Assembly (NCBI GenBank): GCA_038874215.1 | Contig: JAVZCV010000002.1 | Location: forward strand, 53,624 to 117,623 | Length of the DNA: 64,000 nt | Reading direction: 5' to 3' | From: Candidatus Micrarchaeia archaeon | GTDB taxonomy: Archaea; Micrarchaeota; Micrarchaeia; Burarchaeales; JAVZCV01 | In this document: positions 19,873 through 27,892 of the stretch, in pieces | Numbering within the stretch: the stretch's first letter is position 1 | How the letters are laid out: the number at the start of each line of letters is the position of its first letter | Program-made: the position numbers and the translations under genes | Notes under the pieces: generated by a model | What the model saw: the letters and a program-made list of their open reading frames with translations, nothing else | Told to the model about the DNA's origin: nothing | Databases searched by the model: none

Positions 19873-20310
19873 CTACACGAATTCTCTAATGCTGAATGTC
19901 TTCTCGCAGAAAATGCACACAAGGATATCATCCTGCCTTTTTCTAAACCTCGTATCCGTTTTCTCAAAGTTCGTTATGCAGTTTGGGTTTGGGCACTTCA
20001 ATATGCCCACTATCTCATCGGGCACCTTTACCTTCTTTTTCTCCACAACTTCCGAGTTCCTTATTATGTTAAGCGTGGCGTTCGGCGCTATGAGCGCTAT
20101 TCTGTTCGCGGTTTTCTCATCTATAAACTTCCCCTCTATCTTCACTATGTCCTTCTTCCCTATCTTCTTGCTGCTCACATTCATTACAAGAGCAACTCTC
20201 GCACCATAGCTTCTGTCTATGTTAAGCACTTTCAGAACGTCAAGCCCCATCCCAGCGTTTATGTGGTCTATTACAGTCCCATTCGCTATCTTCTCAACGG
20301 TAAGAGGCAT
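19873..20310 (-). CDS. pyrI: Aspartate carbamoyltransferase regulatory subunit
   Basis: GTVIDHI, KKDIVKIE, CPNPNCIT...CIFCE zinc site. Confidence 0.97.
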   Translation of the reverse strand: MPLTVEKIANGTVIDHINAGMGLDVLKVLNIDRSYGARVALVMNVSSKKIGKKDIVKIEGKFIDEKTANRIALIAPNATLNIIRNSEVVEKKKVKVPDEIVGILKCPNPNCITNFEKTDTRFRKRQDDILVCIFCEKTFSIREFV

Positions 20311-21240
20311 TCACGCACCCCCTTTGCCTATAAGCTCGCATATGAGCGCCATTCTTGTTGGCACCCCGTATTTCGCCTGCTCAAAATACTTCGCAAACTT
20401 TGAACTATCAACACTCGGCTCTATCTCATCTATCTTCGGTAGAGGATGCAGGATTATCATATCGTCCTTCGCGGATGCGAGCATCTCACCGCTAACCCTG
20501 AATTCTTTCTGCAGTTTCTCTGCTTCATACTTATCAAAGAAGCGCTCCTTCTGTATTCTGCATACGTAAAGCACATCGCAATCGGATAAATCCGCTTTAT
20601 CCTTCTCAACAACCTCTATGCCAAACTTCTCTCTCACTTCTTCAATCACCGCCCTATCCATATTCAGCCCCTTCGGTGCCACAAGAGTGGCGTTCGCCCC
20701 AAACATGCCAAGACCGTAGAGGAGCGAGCGCATAGTCCTTGCATGCTTAAGGTCGCCGAGCAGAAAAACATTCAATCCTTCAATCCTTCCCTTCAGCCTC
20801 CTTATCGTATATAGGTCAAGAAGCGTTTGTGTTGGGTGCTGGTTGCCTCCATCGCCAGCATTTATAACAGGGCTGTCTGCAATATAGGCGGCAAGGCGGG
20901 CAGAGCCTTCAAGAGGATGCCTTATAACGAGCAGGTCTGCATAGCCGTCAACTATCCTTATCGTATCTGAAAACGTTTCACCCTTTGCCATAGAGCTTGC
21001 TTCTACAGAAGCGAAGTTTATTACTCGTGCGCCGAGCCTCTGCGCCGCAGTTTCAAAAGACAGCCTCGTTCTTGTGCTCGGCTCAAAAAACAAAGTAGCA
21101 ACAACAACACTTTCTCCTTCAAGCGGCTTCTCCCCTCGCCTAACACACTCAATCATCTCATCTGTTCTTGCAAAAAGAGTTTCAAAATCCTGCCTTGTAA
21201 TGTCCTTTATTGATATAAAATCTTTCACGCTGAGTGCCAC
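20311..21240 (-). CDS. pyrB: Aspartate carbamoyltransferase catalytic subunit
   Basis: FFEPSTRTRLSF, HPTQTLLD, RIQKER, HPLP. Start uncertain (GTG 21240 or ATG 21270). Confidence 0.97.
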   Translation of the reverse strand: MALSVKDFISIKDITRQDFETLFARTDEMIECVRRGEKPLEGESVVVATLFFEPSTRTRLSFETAAQRLGARVINFASVEASSMAKGETFSDTIRIVDGYADLLVIRHPLEGSARLAAYIADSPVINAGDGGNQHPTQTLLDLYTIRRLKGRIEGLNVFLLGDLKHARTMRSLLYGLGMFGANATLVAPKGLNMDRAVIEEVREKFGIEVVEKDKADLSDCDVLYVCRIQKERFFDKYEAEKLQKEFRVSGEMLASAKDDMIILHPLPKIDEIEPSVDSSKFAKYFEQAKYGVPTRMALICELIGKGGA

Positions 21241-21307
21241 AAAACCCACAGGAGACTTCGCATGTAACATATTTAAAATTTTCACAGGGCAGATGTAGCG
21301 TGGTAAA

Positions 21308-21916
21308 ATGTTGATTGCTTTTGAAGGAATAGACGCATCTGGTAAAGAAACGCAGGCGCTCATGCTTAAAGGTTGGCTTGAAAGCCTCGGTTATAGAGTC
21401 TCACTCTATACATACCCGGATAGGAAGAGCGATTATGGGCAAAAGCTTGCGCTTTTTCTGGATAAAAAAATTAACCTTAGCGTTGATGAACAGTTTGCGC
21501 TTTTTGCAAGCGACATAATGAAGGACCAGCCCGAGATAGCTAAAAAGCTGAAAAAGGGCGAATTCGTTTTGCTTGACAGATACATTGCCTCCACTCTTGC
21601 ATACCAGTGCGCGCAGGGATATGATTTTTCAAGGGCGGCGGAATGGATTGAGAAAAATAAGCCCATTAAGCCAGATTTGTGCTTTCTCTTAGACATATCC
21701 GCGAAAACATCGTTTGCGAGAAAGAAAAAAGAAGCGCAACCAGACATATTTGAAAAAAACCTATCTCTCCTATCTTCTGTGCGTGAATTTTACCTTCGGA
21801 TTGTAGAAGCCAAAATGATAGCGAAGCGGTGGGTCATCGTTGATGCAGAGCGCAAAAGGGATGAGGTTTTCGAGATAATAAAAAGCGAGGTTGGGCGCTG
21901 TTTAAGCAGCCCGTAG
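21308..21916 (+). CDS. tmk: Thymidylate kinase
   Basis: IAFEGIDASGKETQ, LDRYIASTLAYQ, PDL. Confidence 0.93.
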   Translation: MLIAFEGIDASGKETQALMLKGWLESLGYRVSLYTYPDRKSDYGQKLALFLDKKINLSVDEQFALFASDIMKDQPEIAKKLKKGEFVLLDRYIASTLAYQCAQGYDFSRAAEWIEKNKPIKPDLCFLLDISAKTSFARKKKEAQPDIFEKNLSLLSSVREFYLRIVEAKMIAKRWVIVDAERKRDEVFEIIKSEVGRCLSSP

Positions 21917-21953
21917 CAACAAATAAAACAGTTCTCTCATAAATTAATCCAGT

Positions 21954-22157
21954 GCTCCAGTAGTCTAGGAAGCTTTTCTTTCAAAAAGAAAAGTTTCATC
22001 AAAAGGCGAAAGAAAGGTTTGGACAACTCGGTCAAGGATACCGGCCTTTCGAGCCGGCGACCCGGGTGCCCTTCTCAGTATATGGAAAGGGCAGGGAATT
22101 CAAAGCAGCTTTTTGGAAAAGCTGCACCAAAAGCAACTGAAAATCCCGGCTGGAGCA
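21954..22157 (+). tRNA. tRNA-Glu(UUC) with three introns (21969-22026, 22067-22098, 22105-22143)
   Basis: Acceptor stem GCTCCAG/CTGGAGC; anticodon arm CCGGC-CTTTCGA-GCCGG (TTC at 22048-22050). Removing the introns gives a 75-nt tRNA with D loop AGCTCGGTCAA and T arm CCGGG-TTCAAAT-CCCGG; CCA is not encoded. Confidence 0.92.
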
Positions 22158-22160
22158 CTC

Positions 22161-22178
22161 AAAAAAATAAAAGAAAAA
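22161..22178 (-). terminator. Oligo-T terminator candidate of the giant surface protein gene
   Basis: TTTTCTTTTATTTTTTT on the minus strand ~10 nt after the stop at 22188. Confidence 0.45.
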
Positions 22179-22187
22179 GGAGGGCAA

Positions 22188-25100
22188 CTATCTCCCCTTC
22201 CTTAATCTCCTGCTTATCGCATATATCGCCAATACTAATAGCAGAAGTAGCAATAGCGATAGTAGCTGGAACTCACGCGAGCCCGCAAATCCCAAGAACA
22301 TACCAACTATCCCTGGGCTTGGTGGCTGTGTTCCCGTACTCCTCTGCAGTGTTCTGACTACGGGAGTCTGCGGCCTCGGGTAAACAGTCGTTGTTGGTTT
22401 ATCTACAAGCGAAATGCCAGGTGTTTCGTATGTGTAAACTCCGACTGCGTTTGCGGGATATCTCGCGCTTCCGTTCTCATTCGTTATAACGCTCATAACC
22501 GCGCCAGTCGGTCCTATAACTCTTATCTCTCTGCCCTGCACAGGCTGGCTATTTGAATCTCGCAGTATTATTGTAACGTTATCGCCCAGATACGCACCGC
22601 TCGGCGCTATCAGCATGTAAAGCTCTGACCCATATGTTGTTGCCGTAGTCGCGTTGCTGGTTGTTCCCTGTTGTGTCGGCGGTTTCTGGATGCAGTCTGG
22701 GTCTGTTTCACCGCATGCAGCAACACAAACACCGTCCTCATTGCAGTTTAGCGATGGTGGTGGTTGCGGACAGTCTGGGTCAACGCTACCGCATGCAGCA
22801 ACACAAACACCATTCCTGCCGCAGTCCAAAGGTATCTCATCAGGCGTTTCATCTCCGCCGCCTCCCCCGCCTCCTCCGCCCGATGGTGCAGAACCAACGA
22901 CAATTGTGGTTGAGTTTACTGGTTCGCCTACCCCACCATACTCATCAACTGGTGTGTATTCGCAAACCACTACATCGCCAGCATTCGTCATGTTTGCAGG
23001 AAGCGTTGCAGAATTCACACCGATTACTTCTGTGCCGTTTATAAACCACCTGTATGTTGAATTGCCCTCAGAGTCTTCGTCTGGGTCTGTGAAAACTCCG
23101 TTGCAAGTCAAGTTGTCTAAAGTTGTTGCGTTCGGTGGCATTATCTCAACGGTGCTTACGAGAGGCTGTAGATTTGCAAGAAGACAGGGCTCATTACCAT
23201 CGCTCTGGGTGTTGCCAGCAAAGTCCGTCCCAACTACTTTATACTGCCAGATAATTCCATGCGTTGCGTCCTCATCCTTGTATGTAGTTTCGGTAGAAGA
23301 AACGTTCGCTATAGCTTCGTATGTTCCAACGCCGCAAACTCTCCTGTATGTTGTCTGGTAATCAAGCCCGCTCGTGTTATCCACTGGCAGAGTCCATGTT
23401 AAAAGAATGCTTGCGCTGCTGGTCAAATTAAGGTCATCTATTGGGGATGGCGGCATGATGTCAACAACAACACCATCGCTACCTTCACTCATGTCGCTCC
23501 ACTGCCCGTACGTGTTGTTTGCGCGTACCCAAACATAGTATGTCTGGCCATCAGTTATGTTCCCTTCATCCTCCGCACTGAGCACATAGCATGTTTCATC
23601 TCCTATAAACTTGCTTATGAGCGGGTTAAGCGGTTCTGTTTCATTTGAGAGTATAAACTCATACCCATCTATGCCCGTCTCGTTCTCTACCGATGCGCTC
23701 CAGCAGAATGATAGGTTTCTCACTGGCGCGTAGCCATTTACCATCAGCCCTGCATAATACGGCTTTCCTGGCGGCGATGGCGGTGTGTCGTCAATAATGA
23801 TGAAAATCGTTACGTTCTTGTTTTCGTTGATGTTCTCAAGCGCCACTCCATACGAAACTCCTTTCACTGCAGTGAACTGCACAGGGTTGTACGTGATGTT
23901 ATCGCCAGCGCCCCTATATAGCGTGTCGTTCATCGCAAAGTAATCGGTAAGCCCGAGCGCATTCGTTGTGCCCATATCCGTGATGCCGCCATTAGCATCC
24001 TCTGCGCTGACAGCCGCACCATCAACAGGACCACCACTAACCGTTTCTGTAACATTCACGCGCACGAACCACTGTATCGTCACGTTGTTCTCTGCCTTCG
24101 CCTCTGCAAACCATATTGAATAGCGGTCAAGCCCGTTTATGTTTCGGTATATGTTGTTCCCTGCGATAATATCTTTCTCAAAGTATGTCTGGTTCGGTCC
24201 CGAGAAAGTGCAGTTCTCAAAAAGGTTGTTGTTGTTAATGTTGATCAACCCTTTTGGATATAAGGAGAACCAAATCGTTGGTGAATTCTGCTTAGTCGTT
24301 ATTATCGCGCAGTTGTAGAAAGTCTCATTGCTGGCGCCATCAAATTTGACTCCGCCTGCACTCTCGCCCGCGGCACTTACCTCAACATTCTCAAAAAGGT
24401 TGCTGGACGAATTTTGGTCTATCAGTATCCCATCCGCACCTCCACCAGATGCTGTTCCCCTGATGTCCTTGAAAGTGTTGTTCCTTGTTGCGCTAACCCT
24501 TATTAGTAAAGACTCATTACCGCTCGTTTCTACAACATTGTCCCAGTATTCGTTTGATCCGCCCCCATATACGTACAATCCATAATTGCTATTGCCTGAG
24601 GAGCTTATCGTGTTTCCATAATAGCGGTTGAAAGTGGAGTTTTCAGAATATATCCCATATGCGGAAAAAGCGTGCGTCGTGCCCGTGTTATCCCTTATTT
24701 CATTTTCATGCGATTCATTTAGCCAAATCAAAAATCCCCACTGCAGCAAAGTAGTTATATCATTCTGCTCAACAATGTTTCCCTCGCAATTGATTAGTTT
24801 TATTCCTATCCCAGAAAAGTTCGTTGTTGTTATGTTGTTAAGGGAAACGAGCGAATCAGCTGCCATTTTAAGAATTATTGCAGCGTTGTCTGAGCGCATT
24901 TCCCCCTTAGAAAGCAGATAAATATCATTCTCAACAACACTAACGTTTGTTGAGCTATCAACGAGGATTCCCTGCAAGTTCCCCTCAAGCGCCGCACTCG
25001 TTATGCGGTTGTATTTCGCAAGAGAGTTATCGCTGCTCTCAAAGTATATCCCCGTCGTGAAGTTTATTATTGTGCAGTTTACAACTTTCACGTTATCAAC

Positions 25101-26639
25101 GTTATCAACGAAAACACCATAGCCAGTGCCATCGCCGATTATTGTATGCCCGTTGCAGTCAAGCACAACGTCATCAGCACCAACAGTCAAAGCAGTGCCG
25201 CTACATGTTAGGTCCTCAGCTAAAGTTGTGTTTTCTGTTATTATATCTCCACATTCTGCGCTGACTATGCTCAGCGTGTATTCTGGACCTGTTAGCTTAT
25301 TATCCGCAACATCAACCACATCGCATGTCCAGTTGTATGTTCCAAAAGGCAATGTCAAATTCCACGCATGTGCAGCATTAGTGCCAGATACACTCACAGC
25401 ATCATCAAACACTAGTCCATATTCGGTCCATACGTAAAACCTTATTTCCTTGAGGCCGACTAAATCATCCGCATAGCACTTGAACTCAACGTTCTGGCTT
25501 TTCGTTACTGTGCCATTGCTTGGCTCAAGCGCAACACTCGGGAGGGTCGTATCAACAGTTAATCCATCGGAAGAGTTAACAGCGCACTGGCCAAGAGAGT
25601 CGCAGCCCTTCACGTTGAAGTAATACGTGCCGTCTGAGAGCGATAATCCCGTTATGGTGTATTCCTCAACATTTCCAACATTAGTCCAGCTATAAACATC
25701 ATCATCCCCGGGCGTAGTGCCGATTGAAACTTCATAATAAGCTATGCCGTTGTCGTCCGAGAAATCGTATCCGATGCCGTTCTGAACTCCCCAGCTCGCA
25801 TAGTAGCTGTTCGGGTTGTTTGTGTAATCAACCTCATTATTCGGGTCGTTCGTTCCGTCCCAAACAGTCCCTGCTGTTGGCGGGTTATCAACCATCGTTA
25901 TGTTGAATATGATAGGTCCGTAATCCACAACGCATGCAGAAACATTCCCGCCGTTCGTTGCGTTGTACGGATACTGCGAGCCAGAGTCGCCAAAACCATC
26001 CCCATTTGCATCCGTTATATTAAGAAGCTCTATGCCCACCCAATAGTTTCCCTGCCAAGTCCCATTTACATTCATTGAGAAAACATTATCGCACGGCCCC
26101 CCAGGTTTAACATACGCCAAGTAGCTTGAGGTTGAGTTAAATATATTGTATATAATAACGTTGTTCTTAGCTGCCTTGTCAATCCAAATTCCATACTCTG
26201 GGCTACCGACTACTATGTTGTTCCTTATTGTGCAGTTGTTTGAGCCACCCTGTATTTCTATGCCCACACCCGTAGCGTTAATAGTGTTATTCTCAACGGT
26301 AGCGTAGTCGTTGTCTTTTATTCGTATGCCATACGCATAGCCCTCTATAACGAAATTTCTTACATTAACATTGTTATTATCTATTACAATTGCGGGTGCG
26401 CTGTTGAACTTCGTGTTTTTTATAGCATAGCCATTGCCGTCAAAAACCACATTCTTTCCTTTTATAGTAACACACGGCGCATCATCGGTTGAAATTATGT
26501 CTGCGCTTAAACAAACATAAGCATTGTTGTTATCCACAGCAGAATCGCATGAAGTGCAGGAATTGCAATAATCACTACATGCTGCGAAAGTGATCCCAAA
26601 AAGAAGAAGCATAAAACACACTGAAGTAAAATTCTTCAT
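22188..26639 (-). CDS. Giant cell-surface protein: right-handed beta-helix (NosD/pectin-lyase-like) repeats, FN3/Ig-like domains, Cys-rich repeats, C-terminal TM
   Basis: Signal peptide after a GGAGGTG RBS; GI-x-N beta-helix repeats; GNYW; YEVSIGTTPG and TYYVWVRA FN3-like strands; poly-Gly linker; TM plus basic tail. Confidence 0.85.
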   Translation of the reverse strand: MKNFTSVCFMLLLFGITFAACSDYCNSCTSCDSAVDNNNAYVCLSADIISTDDAPCVTIKGKNVVFDGNGYAIKNTKFNSAPAIVIDNNNVNVRNFVIEGYAYGIRIKDNDYATVENNTINATGVGIEIQGGSNNCTIRNNIVVGSPEYGIWIDKAAKNNVIIYNIFNSTSSYLAYVKPGGPCDNVFSMNVNGTWQGNYWVGIELLNITDANGDGFGDSGSQYPYNATNGGNVSACVVDYGPIIFNITMVDNPPTAGTVWDGTNDPNNEVDYTNNPNSYYASWGVQNGIGYDFSDDNGIAYYEVSIGTTPGDDDVYSWTNVGNVEEYTITGLSLSDGTYYFNVKGCDSLGQCAVNSSDGLTVDTTLPSVALEPSNGTVTKSQNVEFKCYADDLVGLKEIRFYVWTEYGLVFDDAVSVSGTNAAHAWNLTLPFGTYNWTCDVVDVADNKLTGPEYTLSIVSAECGDIITENTTLAEDLTCSGTALTVGADDVVLDCNGHTIIGDGTGYGVFVDNVDNVKVVNCTIINFTTGIYFESSDNSLAKYNRITSAALEGNLQGILVDSSTNVSVVENDIYLLSKGEMRSDNAAIILKMAADSLVSLNNITTTNFSGIGIKLINCEGNIVEQNDITTLLQWGFLIWLNESHENEIRDNTGTTHAFSAYGIYSENSTFNRYYGNTISSSGNSNYGLYVYGGGSNEYWDNVVETSGNESLLIRVSATRNNTFKDIRGTASGGGADGILIDQNSSSNLFENVEVSAAGESAGGVKFDGASNETFYNCAIITTKQNSPTIWFSLYPKGLININNNNLFENCTFSGPNQTYFEKDIIAGNNIYRNINGLDRYSIWFAEAKAENNVTIQWFVRVNVTETVSGGPVDGAAVSAEDANGGITDMGTTNALGLTDYFAMNDTLYRGAGDNITYNPVQFTAVKGVSYGVALENINENKNVTIFIIIDDTPPSPPGKPYYAGLMVNGYAPVRNLSFCWSASVENETGIDGYEFILSNETEPLNPLISKFIGDETCYVLSAEDEGNITDGQTYYVWVRANNTYGQWSDMSEGSDGVVVDIMPPSPIDDLNLTSSASILLTWTLPVDNTSGLDYQTTYRRVCGVGTYEAIANVSSTETTYKDEDATHGIIWQYKVVGTDFAGNTQSDGNEPCLLANLQPLVSTVEIMPPNATTLDNLTCNGVFTDPDEDSEGNSTYRWFINGTEVIGVNSATLPANMTNAGDVVVCEYTPVDEYGGVGEPVNSTTIVVGSAPSGGGGGGGGGDETPDEIPLDCGRNGVCVAACGSVDPDCPQPPPSLNCNEDGVCVAACGETDPDCIQKPPTQQGTTSNATTATTYGSELYMLIAPSGAYLGDNVTIILRDSNSQPVQGREIRVIGPTGAVMSVITNENGSARYPANAVGVYTYETPGISLVDKPTTTVYPRPQTPVVRTLQRSTGTQPPSPGIVGMFLGFAGSREFQLLSLLLLLLLVLAIYAISRRLRKGR
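22690..22826 (-). repeat. 78-bp coding duplication (CxxxGVCVAACGxxDPDC x2)
   Basis: ACCGCATGCAGCAACACAAACACC occurs twice, 78 nt apart. Confidence 0.85.
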
Positions 26640-26740
26640 CCAACGCACCTCCCATGCGACCAAACAGCCTCATCTTTTACGTTTTCTAATAAACCTTTTC
26701 CTAAAAAGGTGTTATATTTACGCATCTAACCTTTATAAAT

Positions 26741-27892
26741 TTACCTACCCTCCAGCCTCCTGTTTATATCTTCAAGCTCTCTCTCGTACTGTGAGGACAT
26801 CTTCTCAAAAGTCTTCCTATCAAGCAAGCATTTTTCGTAGTAATCCTCTTGAAGCTTTTTAATCAGCAATACAAGCTCCTCCTTTCTTTTTTTCAGCTTT
26901 CCTCTCCTTATTCGCGGTAAAGCTACGAATAAAAAGAGCACAACTACCCCAATCATCAACCCCACAACCGCCAATATATATTGCTTGTTTTCCTCAAAAG
27001 TCTGTTTTATGCTCTTACTCACACGAAACCCAAATCTTACCTCACCCTCATTCCCCGCATCATCACGCACGTATGCGTGCGCATCAAAATACCCTTCCTC
27101 CGTGAACGCGTGCTCAAAACAGCATTCCTCAATTGTTCTATTGCCAAATTTCACCATGCAATACGGAATTTTGACGGGCTCTCCATTCTCGTATTTCGCA
27201 GTTATATTTATCATGCGCCTCTCTTCAAGCCAAGCGTCCCCAAAAAAGTTTGTACTCACATTGAGAGCAACACGCTCAACCGTTATGTTCTTTATCCCCT
27301 CCCCACCTAAAACAACATCCCCTGACCGTTTTAGCGCTATTACATGCACAGAATGCCTGCCGAGTGATGCGTTATGCCCTACGCAAAAAACGCCGCCATA
27401 TCTACCAACTTCCCCAAGAGAACTGAGCGATATTTTCCCGATAGGCACAAATGCAAAAACGAGCGCATTCCCGACGGGTTCGCCCGCATCGGTAACAAAA
27501 ACAGAAATGTTGTAGCAGTGCGTCCTCACCAGCCTATCGGGAGGGGAAAGAAAAGCCACCTTATAATATGCTGTTTCAGGACTTCTTGCAACGGTGAAGT
27601 TTTTCTCAACAGTTTCATTTCCATGCACAACCACTATCCTCCACATTCCAGAAGGGTCTGATTCCTTTATTGTGTAGTTCGTTTCAATCATATCATCTGA
27701 AAAAACGGTTCTCTGCATCAAATTATGCCCGTCCGCATACAGCATGAAAGTCGCATTCCCAATCGCATCGGTAGAAGCAATTAAGACATCCCCTGTTCTG
27801 AAAAGCTCGCCATTTACAGATAGGCTAAGAGCGAACGCAAACCCAGCGAGCCAAAGAATAAAAAAACACAAGAGCAGGCGCATAACCCTCAC
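26741..27892 (-). CDS. Membrane-anchored Ig-like protein with a short cytoplasmic coiled/SHOCT-like tail
   Basis: Signal peptide, PSGMWRI, VRDDAGNEG, TM, then LQEDYYEKCLLDRKTFEK. Confidence 0.7.
   Translation of the reverse strand: MRVMRLLLCFFILWLAGFAFALSLSVNGELFRTGDVLIASTDAIGNATFMLYADGHNLMQRTVFSDDMIETNYTIKESDPSGMWRIVVVHGNETVEKNFTVARSPETAYYKVAFLSPPDRLVRTHCYNISVFVTDAGEPVGNALVFAFVPIGKISLSSLGEVGRYGGVFCVGHNASLGRHSVHVIALKRSGDVVLGGEGIKNITVERVALNVSTNFFGDAWLEERRMINITAKYENGEPVKIPYCMVKFGNRTIEECCFEHAFTEEGYFDAHAYVRDDAGNEGEVRFGFRVSKSIKQTFEENKQYILAVVGLMIGVVVLFLFVALPRIRRGKLKKRKEELVLLIKKLQEDYYEKCLLDRKTFEKMSSQYERELEDINRRLEGR

Noticed and set aside
22019-22357. 112-aa ORF
   Set aside because: Overlaps the tRNA and the antisense strand of the surface protein gene; no recognisable motifs
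21954-26740. Integrated element at the tRNA
   Set aside because: No integrase and no duplicated tRNA 3' end (att site) seen in the window
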